Shown here piece by piece: positions 36,771 to 50,200 of a DNA stretch of 64,000 nucleotides (within the stretch, counting starts at the first letter, position 1; each line of letters begins with the position of its first letter). This DNA is from Carcharhinus amblyrhynchos (lineage: Eukaryota). The DNA is taken from contig OZ336887.1 of assembly GCA_965287045.1 (NCBI GenBank), positions 46,376,001-46,440,000 of the forward strand, read 5' to 3'. The position numbers and the translations under genes are program-made. A model generated the notes under the pieces. It made no database searches and was not told the origin of the DNA. It worked only from the letters and a program-made list of their open reading frames with translations.

Positions 36771-37329
36771 AGAGAAAAAGCAAGCTGCAATCAGGATAGG
36801 GAATCGTTCAGTGGAATGCAAGAGCCTGCAATGTGAAGTGAGGACAGAATCATGGGAGGAATTATTTTGTAATTGTTACCATGTGAGAACAGAATGCAGA
36901 GGGGTGTGTGATTTTAGAATGAAGATGATGGGTGATAAATGATACATTACGAGGCAAGGAATTGATCAGAGCTCTGAAGGAGGGAAAGGGAAGGATTGTT
37001 ACTTGTTATTATGCAGAGAAATAGAGATATTAATAGCTATTCTCAATCTTGCTGCTCTTTTTCGATTATAGTGTTTGTTATATTGAATCCACTTCCTTGG
37101 ATGGCACCATTCAACGAACGTGTTCAGCCACCATTCCAGCTCTTCTGTATGCAGCTCTTTGGGGCTTTCTTCCCATTCCTGGATATTCCTCTATGTTCTG
37201 TTCCCTTTTTACAGGAGGCATCAGAGGATTCTGAGGTTGGCCTTGCAACTAACTAGAAAAATTCAGCTCTTTGCAACAGTGTTAATCAGCCTTTTGCAAA
37301 AATGAGTGCATCCTCCTTTTAAGAGGCTT

Positions 37330-37555
37330 TGTTAGTCCTGGGAATACCTGTAGTGGAAGAAACATCATGACTCACCATGAAACTTGCAAGAATCAACTTA
37401 CAGGTTAGCAGGTGATGCTGAATTTTTATGCATCAGGCTTATTCCACGCTACAGCTGGTGATGTTAGCAACATTAGTCAATCAACAGTGCATCATTCAGT
37501 TGGTGAATGTCCTGTTCTCCAGTGAAAATGACTCAATCTCGTTCTCTATGAAGGT
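37330..37555 (+). mobile_element. Old HARBI1-like (Harbinger) transposase fragment
   Basis: gtgatgctgaatttttatgcatcaggc... encodes VMLNFYASGLFHATAGDVSNISQSTVHH, the HTH region of Harbinger transposases. Confidence 0.7.
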
Positions 37556-37843
37556 CACAGTGCAAGGACCAGACTCTAGCCTTTGACAGGATTACAAGCT
37601 TCCCTTGTCCTTTTCCATGCCAACTGCAAATTGAATCAGTATAGGCTTCTGAAACTCATTTCCTGTGTTGCTGCTTGCAAGGATCAGCATGAACGATGAT
37701 GCTTTCTCAAGAGGGCTATCCACCACTTCTTTCACTACCCTATATATGCAGGAACTGAAAAAGGAGACAGAGGAGAATTTGTACTGGGTCACCAGGTTCT
37801 CATTTCTAGTATGTGACGAAGAATTCAGTCTCAGAAGAGGAAA

Positions 37844-37907
37844 GAAAAATGGCTAGGCACTCGGAAGGAGTTTTTTGGAAAAATGGCTAGGCGCTCGGCA
37901 GGAGTTT
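37844..37907. repeat. 34-bp tandem duplication
   Basis: gaaaaatggctaggc(a/g)ctcgg(a/c)aggagttt occurs twice. Confidence 0.9.
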
Positions 37908-38082
37908 GTTCCAGCCTCACCATCTGTCACAATTTGAATTCCTACAGATGGTTCCGTCCTCGATTGTTGTGAGATCCTGAATAGAGAATAGTGCTCCTCC
38001 AGAGAACTTCTTTCTGTTATGTGCCAGCTTGTCTTGCAAGAACCATGAACTGTGCTAGAACGCAGCCTTTTGAAAGGATCTA

Positions 38083-41000
38083 GAGTGGAATCTTGCCAGA
38101 ATTTGGCAGAGTGTTGGTTCCGGTGCGAAAAGCAGAGCAATTTCTGTTGACAGGATTTTTGACAGATTTTTATGACTCATTAGTAAAACGTTTTATGCAC
38201 TCAAGAATCACGTCGCGCTCACAACAAGCTCCCTCCTATTTACCCACCCAGCCACAATGTAATCGCTGCAATCACTGGGAAGCTCCCCGGCACTCGTTCC
38301 AACCAGGGAATGCCTGCCAAGAAGGTCGCAACTCATTTTCAAAGGCAGCCCTGACCACCTTTCGAGGACAGCACAGTCAAGCTGGCTGGGGAGAAGAAAG
38401 AATCCTCAAGATAAGCTGTCATTCTTCAAGTCTCAAATGAGTAATCAACATTCCCTCTTTTAGCCTGTAATGCATTAATGTCACCTCCTTTCTCTTTCAG
38501 GCAAAGCAGCAGAGCAGCCCGGAACATCCTCACACCCCCCGACCTTCTGGAAATGAGCAACTGCAAAGGAGACTTCTCAATCCCCACCATAGAAGGGGCA
38601 TCACAGCTGTCACCTGCAAACAGCACCAGCGCAGATACTTACCCCTCATTAAATAGGATCATTAAATAGGCAGGCTTCTGGATCACTCACTGGTGAGCAC
38701 TTCACAGCTGAAGATCCATCGCAGGTGGAAGAAGGGACGTACCCCCTTGGAAACCGACACTTGGAGGTATGCCGGAGGTTAGGACTCTGCTGATGACCTT
38801 ATCCTGAGTCAGTTCCAGAGCTGATGGAAATGTAAATTCAGAATCACAAGTATAAGGAAGGGATGACAGCATCCTGCCTCAGACTGCAAGGCCAATTGGA
38901 GGAGTCCCATTGCTTTCTGTCCGAGGAGATGATGATGTCATTCCAATACAACAAGGCCAACACTGTGAGGGTGGCGGCCGCAGTAGAGTCCTTGATGCAG
39001 AGCATGCACTTCATGGCAGGAGATGTCTGCATCGTGGTACAGCTCATGACCTCCATGTCTGTGGGATTCAACTGCATGGTGGAGGCACTGGTGGGAATTC
39101 ACAAGCACCTGCCTCAGAGGACAGCGGGGCTTCTGGATCTCAGTCCAGCTGCCTCTCTAGCCCATGGAGGAGAACTGGGGGCCACAAAGGGATGAGGATT
39201 GTCTGGGATACAGCCCAGAGATTTCAACTCAGGAGACCCCTGGGGGTGTCCAGCCCATTTGACTCCTCCCTCCCTGTGAGCAACAGACCTCCAGCCCTAC
39301 ACACCAAGGAGGGCAACACTACAACACCCATGCTGCCCGAGAGCAGGCCAGAATCCATAAGTTCAGGCCCACCAGGCATGCTGGCCAAGGTCATCTCAGG
39401 AAATAGGGTGTGGAAGTCAGCAGGCATCTTCAATCTCAGCTGTGGATCCTGGGGAAGAACCTAGATGTAGTGCAAGAGTAAGGAAGGGTAGGCAGTTATA
39501 GGGGCCTAGTTGGTACAGGTGAAAGGAGGTGCAAATGTAGACAGATCACCACTGTATATCATTCTAGAATAAATATTCACCTTGTTCCCCCAAAGAGCCT
39601 CCACTGTATCATTTGCACACACCCGGCACTTCATCCCTAATAAGTGTGAGAATGGCTTTGCAATGTCTCCCCCACAATGAAGAAATGACGGGTGCATTGC
39701 TACAGTCAAACCGCCCCCTGCCAAACCCTGGAAACCCTTCCCACATCTACATTCGTTGAAGGAACATCTTTACCCTGCATCCCCCTCTCCTCTACCATCA
39801 GGATTAGAGTATTTCAAGAGTGCAACATTGCACCTATGTACCAGAGGCCAAGAGGATGTTGAGAGCCTGCCCACCTTGGGTGAAAGCTGAAACCAAAGGG
39901 GTTGCAGTATTTGCTCCTCTTAAACAATTTATGAAGCCCACCATGTTCATTGGTAGGGAATATGCAGCTCTCTGTAAGGCAAAAGTCAGACATACCACTG
40001 AGCATGGGAGGAACATCGCATTGTCCTTGTTGCACGTCATCATCATTCTCCTATAGAGTCCAACCAATGGCTTTAGCCCCTTGCCTGAAGACATGCAACA
40101 TTGACTGGATGATGCTGGCACCACATTCTTTGTTTCACCTGAATCCATGGGTGGGACAGTTTATCATGGACTTCTCCCCCTCGTCCCCAAAACAAAATGT
40201 TGTAAGGACCTTCCTTGCTCAGTGGCCCATTCTGACCCTATCCATAGCCATGCCTTTCTCCTCCTCCTTGGCTTTGTCATGCCCACCTCCCTCCTCAACA
40301 TCCTCCCCATTTGATCCACAGGCATTGGGTGTCCTTCAGTTCCAAGGAATGCCAGGTTGTGTAGTATGTGGCAGAGGTGGTTCATCGTCCGTAGGGATAG
40401 ACGCAGCCTTCTCAGGCAGAGGCTCAGACATCTGAAGGTATGAGCACCTTTGCTGAAAGATTCCAGGCCAGTACTGGCTCCAAGGTTGATCCTGCGCTGC
40501 TGCTCCCTTGAAAGCTGCAGACCTCAGTTCCTGGCCACGTGTGCCAGCGCATCATTGTCTCTGCTGATGGTCAATCACAATTAGCAAAAAGGCCAACGTA
40601 ACAGGCTTCATGATTCTTCTGAATTATGTATTAAAAGAGTGAGAACACCACCGTGAGCAATGAAGAGTCCTACCATAGCTCTGGCCCTCATCTTTCCATA
40701 CTTCTGTGACTTCCACCCAAGTAATTCACATTCATGGAATTAACATCTGCTCTCCCTCCCAACATCCCCTCTGACACAACAGCCACACCCTCACATTACT
40801 TCCAATGTAAACCACTAGGGTGAATAGCACTGAACCTCCATTTTCTAATGGCATCTGATCCTCCCCCATCCGGACGGTGAGAATGACCTTCAATCCCGGC
40901 TCTAATCTGCACTTATCTATGTCCCCAGCATTCTCCCTTGTGCCCCTTGAGTATTGGACAGACTGAGAAGAAATGGCTGCCTCAGCGCTCATCTTCAGTA

Positions 41001-41380
41001 TCCCCTTTGGAGGTGAACGTACCAGGTTCATGTTAATATAGAGCTGTTGTGCTTGGTGCTGATGTGATATCACACCAACACCTGCTGGATTTTTGGTGCT
41101 GGCTTACTATCAGAGTGAGTGCTCGATAATGAGATGCAAATGTATTACAATGAGGTTCCCAACGTCCTGTTGTGTGTTCCACATCACTCCGATGGCAGGT
41201 CTGGTCCAAAGTTGCTGAATGCAATCTCACTGGCAAGAATTATGTTTTTTCAAAACTGTCTGAATTTTGCGCATGCATGGCCATTCCACAGATGGACAGT
41301 CTGGGCTCAACTTTCTGCCCACAGTCTCTGACAACTTATCATACAAAATAGGCTTCAAAGGCCCAGTAGAAATTCTGCCC
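38083..41380. mobile_element. PIF/Harbinger relic B: Myb gene remnants (+, ~38390-39470) convergent with deleted transposase (-, ~40150-40611)
   Basis: Minus ORF NHLCHILHNLAFLGTEGHPMPV is HARBI1-like; degenerate TIRs gagtggaatctt / aaattctgccc; acceptor tttctctttcag at 38500 is shared with other copies. Confidence 0.72.
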
Positions 41381-41895
41381 TGAAAATGAGTGGGAAACAG
41401 GTTCCTTGGCAATCAGATAAACAGTCCATCAATTGTTTGTGAAAATTAATCTGGCCTCAAACTGATAATGCTCTTATAATTACTGAATCCTCATTAATTG
41501 GTAAAATGAAACCCATGGCTCAATTTTGTGTGAACATCAGGCTCGATGGGCCGAATAGCCTCTTCTACACCATAGCGATTGTATGATTGATTCCCTGTTT
41601 GATGTACCACTGCATACCCACCATGACTAATATTATTTGCTCATTCTCTTGTGATGCAGAATGAATGCTCATATTCTTATTAGGTCCAGAGTGTGCAATG
41701 GGAGCAGGAGATACATTGGCCAGTGCTGCTATGATAGAAGGTCAGGAATGGAAAACAAGGGATTGCTGCTGCTGGGACTATAGAATGGTGCAGATTATGA
41801 AAAAAGCTATGAATGGGAATCTTACCTCAACAGATTTAATCAGATCACTGCATTTCTTCATATTTTGCTGCCAGTTCTGTGTTGTCAGATTCCTG

Positions 41896-42021
41896 GGCTG
41901 GAATTTAACCGTCCTACCGCCAAGGGAATTGGAGCAGACTAGAGGCAGACCATGGAAAGGTCCTTTGACCTCCAGCAGGATTTTAAGGTTTCAAGACGCG
42001 CGAGGCCACAAAATCCCACCC
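41896..42021. mobile_element. ~126-bp Harbinger-type MITE
   Basis: ggctggaattt...aaaatcccaccc inverted ends, CTG on both flanks (41893-41895, 42022-42024). Confidence 0.7.
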
Positions 42022-42148
42022 CTGGTGTTTTTGTGCTTTGCTACCACTGTTTACTGTTGTTGTGTTATTGGGTGGAGCACTCTGCACCCATTGCTCCTCC
42101 ATCAAGCATTCTACAGTATTGCCCAAGACACAGTTACACACACTTAGC

Positions 42149-42353
42149 AGTAAAGTCGGCACAGTCTCAGATTACCATAGGCTACTCTCCCCTTTTAGGG
42201 GGATTTCTGACTGGTGGTTGATTTAACCTGAGAATTACCAACCTTAAGCGAGGGGTAAAGTTGAGAATAACCTCAACTTGTGCGGGAATTTAACCCACAC
42301 TGTTGGCACTGCTTTGCATCAGCTGTCTAGCCAATGGAGCCAAACTGACCCCC
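42149..42353 (-). mobile_element. tRNA-derived SINE (non-V type)
   Basis: Reverse complement begins ggggtcagtttggctccattggctagac...gtgggttaaattccc (A-box/B-box-like) and ends ...gcctatggtaatctgagactgtgccgactttact. Confidence 0.6.
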
Positions 42354-42888
42354 TTACTGCTTACAGTAGCAGTTCTGTCATTCAGTATTCATGAAAGACA
42401 CCACGCTCAAAGGGGTGCAGTCTGTCTTCAGGAGCCTCAATGAACTTCCCAATTCCTGCTCCCCATATCTGGCAAACTGTAAATTAGAAGCACGGCCAGC
42501 ACTGACAACTTGTTTTCATTATGGAAATAACACACATGCCTCAAAATGATGCCATCTATTGGTTCTGGAGGGTATAGCAAATGTCTTGCTTATTCCATGG
42601 CCATTTTCAGGAAGGCCCTTTCAGAATTCCTGAACCAGTTCCAGGAGTAACAGATTTAAACATGACCATTTACATATATGGGTCAAAAGATAATTATTAA
42701 ACAATTTCATTTATCCTGCAAATGAATTCTGTAAAGATAGTGAGGAACATTGTCCAGTGATCAATATGATATCCAAACTTGAGCTGTACCAGTTTGGTGT
42801 TATGACAGAGAAGCAATGTAAATCTACTTCTATGGATGTAAGCACCAATTCATTCCAGTGATTTCACCTATTGTTGCACAGACCACTT

Positions 42889-45800
42889 TGGGGGTGATAC
42901 TGAGTCAGCACTCTCCATCTGCAGGAAGGCGGTGTGTGCTAAGTTCACGTCAGCGGGTTTCCAAATTCCTATCCCACTGGCCCGTCACCAGTGGAGTGAT
43001 GTGAAACATACCACAGGACCACAGAAAGCTCATTTAAATACAGTAGCATGTTGTTAGCCAGCACTCTCTCTGGGATTTCCCGCCCTCACTGAAAATTCAG
43101 CAGGCGCCAGCATGATATCATGCCAGCAGCATTTACAACAGCTCTACATAAGCATGAACTTGACACCTTCACCTTCAAGGGGAATACTCAGGCAGCCAAG
43201 ACCCTCTGCAGACAGGACTGAGGGGACATAGAGATGTTCAACTTGCGGTTGGGATGGAGTTCCCAGAATTGCCACTTCAGGGAGAGGGGTCAGAACAGCC
43301 CACTTGTAGGCCTTACTTTCCCTTCATGTCGGGGTGCTGCTTGCATTAAAGGGGTTGTGAAGGCTAGTTTGCAGACAACAATTCCAATGTCCTCCATCCT
43401 GGGTTCATGCCCATGTCACAGCTGAGGAAGTCCCTTACAGTAGTGGGGGCTGGCAACGGGGTGGGAGGGACATAGCCCTGCTATTCTCACGCTCCACAGG
43501 GATGAGGGGCTGGTGAGTGCAGTCCCCAGATCCAGAAGTTCCACCATCCTTTGGTGCTGACACTTGTGGATTCCACCAGTGTCTGCACCATGCAGTTGAA
43601 GCCCTGCACCATGGTATGGACACCTCCTGCAGAAGTCAACCTTGCAGTGTTGGCCTTGGTGAACTGCAGTGGTGATATGAACAGACAGGGTGGGGACTCT
43701 GTGGGTGAACAAAGTGAAATTTATTGCCAAACATTCAAAACAAAATGGTGATCTTACTGCAAAAGTGTCTATATTCATTTGTGTCCACTAAATGCCTACA
43801 ATTTCCGAATCTTCTTCACCCTTTCACTATATCTAACTATCTCCCCAAGATCCACAGCTGAGGTTGAGGAGGCCTGCTGACTCCCATGCCCTTTTGCCTG
43901 AGATGACCTTGGTAAACATCCCCTGGAGAGCTGGGACCTTGAGGGTCCAGGCCTGCTTTCAGGTAGCACAGACATTTGAGTGCATCCCTTCTCAGCAGCA
44001 GGGGCTGTAGGTATATCACTCACAGGGGAGAAGGTGTGAAAAAGGGTGGAGGTACTCCTGCCGATACCCTTACCTTTGGGCTCTCAGGGGGCCCTGTGTC
44101 CTTCACGTGATAGAGGGGCAGCTGGAGTAAGATCCAAAAGTCCCACCATCCTCTGGCGTTGACACTCATGGATTCCACCAGTGTCTGCACCATGCAGTTG
44201 AAGTCCTGCACCATGGTGTGGACACCTCCTGCAGAAGTCAACCTCGCAGTGTTGGCCTTGATGCACTGCAGTGATGGCACCACTTCCTCAGATAGAAAGT
44301 GATGGGACTCTTCCAATTGTCCTTGCAGTCAAAGGTGGGCCATTATCATCCCTTCCTGATACTCGTAACTCTGCAACTCCAGCAACTGTGGGTCTCAGCA
44401 GAGACCAAGGCTCCAGGATTCCTCCACGTACCAGTTCCCTGGGACATCCCTGCCTCTTTGATTTGATTTATTATTGACAAATGTATTAGTATACAGTGAA
44501 AAGTATTGTTTTTTGTGTATTATATAGATGAAGCATATCGTACATAGGGAAGGAAAGGAAAGAGTGCAGAATGTTAGAGTGCAGAGTGTTACAGTCATAG
44601 TTGGGATGTAGAGAAAGATCAACTTAATGCAAGGTAGGTCCATTCAAAAGTCTGATGACAGCAGGGATGAAACTGCTTTTGAGTCGGTTGGTATGCAACC
44701 TCAGACTTTCATATCTTTGAAAGTCTAGGAGAAAGGTGGAAAAGAGTATGTCCGGGATGCTTGGCGTCCTCGATTATGCCGTCTGCTTTCTGAGGTAGTG
44801 GGACACATAGACAGTGTCAATGGATTTGAAGCTGGTTTGCATGATAGACTAGGCTTCATTCACAACCCTTTGTAGTTTCTTGCGGTCTTGGACAGAGCAG
44901 GAGCCATACCAAGCTTGATACAACCAGAAAGAATGCTTCCTATGGTGCATCTGTAGAAGTTGGTGAGAGTTGTAGCAGACATGCCAAATTTCCTTAGTCT
45001 CCTGAGAAAGTGGAGGCTTTGGTGGGCTTTCTTATCTACAGCGTGGCATGGAGGACCAGGACATTTTTGGTGACCTAGACATTTGAAAACCTCTGCCTGC
45101 TGTGGATCTTCAGCTGTGAGGTTCTCAGCAGTGAGTGATCCAGGCGCTGGCCCATTTATTGGATCCACCAGAATGTCAGCATTTGTGCTGGTGCCAGGTG
45201 CAAGTGACAGTTGTGACACCACTTCAACAGTAGGGTTGGAAAAGGCCCCCTCTGAGCTGCTGGAGTCCAGTGGATCCAGGGGGCATGAGGATGGTCTAAT
45301 CTGTATTAGTGGTTGGCCTGAAAGAGAAGAGACATGGCATCAGTGCATTACAGGGGATATGGAGGGAACACTGATTGCTCACTTGACACTTGTGGAATGA
45401 CAGCATTTGTGTTGAAGATTCTCACATTTCTCTGCTTTGCAAGCAGCGCAGGCACAGTCTTTCTCCCCTCCCGCCAGCTTAAGGGCTCGCTTCTCAAAGC
45501 GTGTAAGGGTCCGGCTCTCCATAATTACTCCAGATGGCTGTGCCCATTCATGCTTGTTGTGGTTGAGTTTGTCCTGCAATGACACAGATATGAAGATTGT
45601 AGGTGGGAGAGTGGACGTTTAAGATGGTGATGAGATGTGGCAGGAGTGGGGCTTGTGTGGGAGCTGGAGTGAGTGGTGCATAGCAGTTACTAGGGGAACA
45701 TGGTGATTGTAGGTGGGAGGGGGTCAGGGGGTGGATCTGGTGCCTGGTGTTGGCTAAGGCCAAGGTGGCTGAATGAGAGAAAGGGTTGGGGGTGCAAGGG

Positions 45801-46100
45801 GTGTTCGAGAGGGTCCAGTGGATGACTGGGAGTGGTTCACTTACCCTGACTGAGCGAAGATCATTCATCTTCTTCCGACACTGCTGCCCTGTCTTCTCCC
45901 AGAGTGCACTTGTGCTCTTACGGGTGCAACTGTGGTCCAGGTGGCAGGCAGTCACCCTGATGGACAGATGTTTCCTGAAGCATTGGTATAGGGTTTCCCA
46001 CCTCTGCACCACTCCATCAAGAGGAACCCCTCCGTAAAACGCGGCACTGGCTTCTTAGCTGCCATCCCCTACATTTGTTGTAGAACAAGTGCTGGGGACC
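42889..46100 (-). mobile_element. PIF/Harbinger relic C with spliced Myb/SANT-like gene (ATG 46065)
   Basis: MAAKKPVPRFTE...KTGQQCRKKMNDLRSVR then gtaagt donor at 45844; cag acceptor then DKLNHNKHE...LTRFEKRALKLAG from 45573; third acceptor at 45318; subterminal 42960-43160 is shared with 41020-41200 and 57850-58030. Confidence 0.8.
44457..45089 (-). mobile_element. 5'-truncated Rex1/Babar LINE inserted in Harbinger relic C
   Basis: KKAHQSLHFLRRLRKFGMSATTLTNFYRCTIGSILSGCI; (ATCAA) tail; cctc at both junctions. Confidence 0.85.
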
Positions 46101-46852
46101 CACTTATATTTTGTTAGACATAATAAGGCATGGATCATACAATTTGCTTTTGGCATTTATTAGTTATATTGTAATGATATTGACGAGTGTTTTTTCACTC
46201 TCACTGGGCTTTAAATTAATCTAAACAAGAAAATGACTCTAGTGTGGTAACCTTCCAATTTTATCTGCTAAAGAGTGATGTAGATTCTTCAATGAATAAT
46301 ATTTTCTAATGGTTTTTAGTTGTTATTTTAGAAATAAAGTTATTGAAACACAGTTTTATTTCACATTAAAATCTCATTATCACAGATAATCTTTAATCTA
46401 GATTTGCTTTTCTGAATCTTCAATGGATATCAATGTCTAAATTCTGATCAAAACTTCTGAATCATTTTATTGATCCTGCAGTTTGTGCCTATAAAGGGAC
46501 ACAGAATTTGAAAGTCTAGAATTATTACTTACCTTCTAACCGAAAGAATAATTGACAAGAAATTGAATGCAAAACTACGAAGTCACTCTTTTAAATGCAT
46601 GACTTGTGTTTCTCTGTTGCAATACTCTAGTTTCTTTGTAGTTGTCTCTTGTAGCTCTGCCAATAGCATTGTATGTTTACTTAATATTGTTCTGATAGCT
46701 ATGATGTGTAGATAATTATAATCAGTGTCACTAGAAACTGTATGAAGCTTATATAATAATTGTTTCACATTGACATGGGAACAGCCATGGATGGGGAGAG
46801 CCATTTTAACATAACCCATCCAGCAAGATCTAACAACAGCCTCTGTTACACC

Positions 46853-47030
46853 TGGCCCATTGTTCTGCCAGTCCTGCCGATGATGCACTCCTGCTGCAGG
46901 TTTCCCGGAGGCATCAGCTGGAATCAATGGGAAATCCCATTGATAGCAGCGGGTTCAAAAGATCCAGCCACCAGCCAATGGCAAACCACCTCGCGCCACC
47001 CAGAAACATGCCACAAAGAATTTTATCCAC
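46853..47030. mobile_element. Probable degenerate MITE
   Basis: GC-rich island in AT-rich DNA with an internal hairpin tcaatgggaaatcccattga. Confidence 0.4.
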
Positions 47031-47148
47031 AAAGTAGAATCAGGAGGATTGCAAAACAGACAATCGAACCAATCGCCTCAATCTCCCACTAGGCAGGTTC
47101 AGTTAAAATTCACCACATGTTTTCAGCACGATTCTACCATTTGGCTCT

Positions 47149-47918
47149 TGTGATGATACCATGCCTTTAAGAAATAGATTTATATCATGATTTTTGTGAG
47201 GGGTATATGTAGTTCAAAATTAAGCTCTGTCTTACATGGTGTTGATTTGTCTGCACACCAGGCAGCTCATGTGTTGAGAAAGCAGGCTGGTGGTTGGTTT
47301 AATCTGAGTTGATTTTTATTTAGTTTTTCCCCTGTGGTTTCAGAGTAGGGTTTTGATTAGGTTAATTGACAGAGTCATGTGCTTAAGGGGAGGAGCTTAC
47401 AGGAAAGTTTACAGGAAAAATCAAGCAGTTACTGCCAGATTCTGAAAGAAGCAAGAGATCTCTTATTTCTCTCTCCCTCTGGAGGCTGCTGTTTGGGACC
47501 TGCTAGGGGAAATAGATCTCTCTCTCTCTCTCTCTCTCCAGAGGCATTCTGGAGGGTCAAGCACTCGCACCCCAAGGACAAGTACAGAAGTCTATGGATG
47601 GCTAACTGATTTTGAAGAGGAGTTTAAGTATATAAGAAGAATATTGCTACAATTTAAACTAATAGAAATGGGTTAACAGTAATGAATAGCATCTTGTTAT
47701 ACAAGATAATTCAATTGGTAAATATTAAATTAATCCATTTGTTATAGTTAAACTGTATTGTTAAATAAAATTTGTTTTGATAAAACTTCCTAGTGGGTCA
47801 GTAGCATCATACCTAGAGTGAAATACCTTATCCTCACAATAATGCCAAAATAGATAAACTATTGGGGTCAGATCGGGCTTCACAATATACTTTGGGGTTT
47901 CTGGTGCACACCTTAACA
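47149..47918 (+). mobile_element. Solo LTR (770 bp)
   Basis: Begins TGTGATG, ends TTAACA, perfect 4-bp TSD CTCT (47145-47148, 47919-47922), AATAAA at ~47764, internal (CT)n. Confidence 0.85.
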
Positions 47919-49234
47919 CTCTGAACCTGTTTCAGTAATTTGTAAGAAAAACAAAATTAACTCAATATTTTAAAAATTAAATCTTTGAAAACTATTTAAA
48001 CATCAAACCACAGAGGTAACAAGTGTGAAGTACTTTTGAATTGAAAGTAATTATAGCACAATGTTAGACAAAGCTGACCTTGAGAGCAAAGCTAACATTC
48101 AAATACAAACATGGTGAATTAGTATTCCTGAGGTTTATAGTGCTGTGCTAGTTAATTACAGGATTGATACTAATAGTGGCAGTTACTTTCCTTGTGAAGG
48201 AGGCTTTCATAACTAATCAATGACATTTTTGACTTCTCATTAAATAAGCTGTGAGTTTCCCACCTTAGCTCAAACCTGGGTGTATTCACAGCCAATATAA
48301 AGAATAAACTGTTTGGACAGACTCTATACTCTTAATTCAAGTGTGGTTACCAACTGTGGTTGGCTCTGTTTTTGGAGATTCAGTCACATGAGACTTGCTT
48401 CAGTCTACAAATGCTATTACTTTTGCCAATAGCTTGATAACTGCTTTCTCAAATTTATACCAAAGGTCACAGGGAAGCAGTAACAAATTGTTGGATATGA
48501 ACACCCAGGTTGATTTTGACTATTTTGCCACTGCGCAAGCATCATGTATCTGTGACATCATTTCAATTCCATATGGCATGACATTGTCATGTGATAGGCA
48601 TGTGCTAATATGTTCAAAATTCATACATTGAGAATGGGTGTGTTTTAAATTTGGCAGCCGTTGGCACAGTATTTTTATCAGTCACAGTCCAGTGACAGGC
48701 ACTCAGATTAAAAGACATTGCTGGCCACCTATTGAACAAAATCTGCTTGTTTAATTGCCCACCCAAGCATCATTTGTGGGAGACCTGGGCTACAGGAGGT
48801 AATGATCATAGATCAATATAAGAAACTACAATCTACTCCATGTATAACAGTATTATAAAGTTGATGGAATTCCAGACAGTAAATATTATAACAAACACAT
48901 TAGTGTATAAGAATTCATTTGCTGCATTAAGCTTACGTTACAAAGTCCATATGAAGATAAGATATTTGCTGCATCTTGCCTTTTGACCGTACAGTCATTG
49001 CCATTCAATAGATTTTGCACATGGCTTAACGCAGAAGTGTTGTTCTCCTGGGTCATCAGCAGTATTTCCATTAGGTTCTGCTTGTGTCACAGGTTGTGAT
49101 ATATGGCACGTCTATACGACCATCTGCTGCCAGTGAGGAAGCTGCGCTTACAAGGGCTTTAGTTGAAGTGAGGGATCCAAGTCTATGAGAAAATGTAGCT
49201 CCCTGCTGTAAATGTATGAGAGTTGAATCATCAG

Positions 49235-50200
49235 GAGCGATTCTCCCAAAAAAAGATGAACTGTCCAATGGGCGGGAACACAGGAGATTTTCCCACCCAT
49301 TATTTGGGTGAGCTAAGTGGAATGACTCTCCGGGACTCTGCGATTTACTCCAGCAGGGAGAGAGGCCTAATCCCACCTGGCATCAACACGCTGTGCGGGC
49401 CACTGCACATGCGCCAATCCCTCAGTAAGGAGATAGGTGCATGCACACTGCCACCCTCTCCACCATCACCAGCCTTCTGATCGTCGGCTTCCCAATTCCT
49501 TCCTCAATCCCCCAACTGCCATCCTCCATAGTACTTCAACCCTCTGATTGTGGGCCTCTGTGAGCCTCCACACCTCAATTGCCAGCTCCCATGACCCCCC
49601 ACTCCTGATCGCCAGGCTCTATGACCCGTCCCATCAGATCACCAGTCCCCATGACTGCCCCCCCCCCCCAATTGCTAACCTCTGTGACCTTCCACCACCA
49701 TGTCCAAACCAACCTTCCCCACATGGCTGTCTTGACTCCCCCTCCCCATGTCCAGTCTAACTTCCCCATATCCAGCCCTGAATACCCCCTCCCTTCCAAT
49801 CCACCAATCTGTAATGCAGAGAACGTAGCATGTAACCCCACCACCACCACTGATTGGCCCCACCCTCCTGAAGCCCTGCCCCTTTGGCCTGGCATCCAAC
49901 AGGCAGATCCAGGCTACAAATGGGCACTGCTAGGGTGCCTAGCTGGCATGGGCAAAGGGGCACTCTCCCCACTTCTCCACCTCTCAAGGGGGCCTCAATG
50001 GCCTTGTCCCTACCAGCAGGGTGAGCAAACTTGATCCTCATTAATGGAGACCAGCTTTAATCCCCACTGGTAGAAACCTCTCCCAGTGGGGTGGGAGATG
50101 ATGGTGAGCCCAGAGGATACTATTCCAGGCCTTGCTAATAATATTGAAATGTGAATTTCAATATGGTAATCAGCCTTGCCCTGAGTTCTGGCATGAAGCT
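49235..50200. mobile_element. Harbinger-type non-autonomous element related to 4737-5869
   Basis: Starts gagcgattctcccaaaaaa; shares ccactg...gagatag(g/a)tgca, a C-rich interior and the distal aata...atgc/gtgaattt segment. Confidence 0.6.

Noticed and set aside
37330-37555. Host HARBI1 gene
   Set aside because: Short, frameshifted fragment without the DDE core; consistent with a decayed transposon.
45379-46065. Host NAIF1/MSANTD gene
   Set aside because: Frameshifted, present as several decayed copies in this window, and embedded in transposon sequence.
47517-47538. (CT)n microsatellite
   Set aside because: Ordinary short repeat inside the solo LTR.
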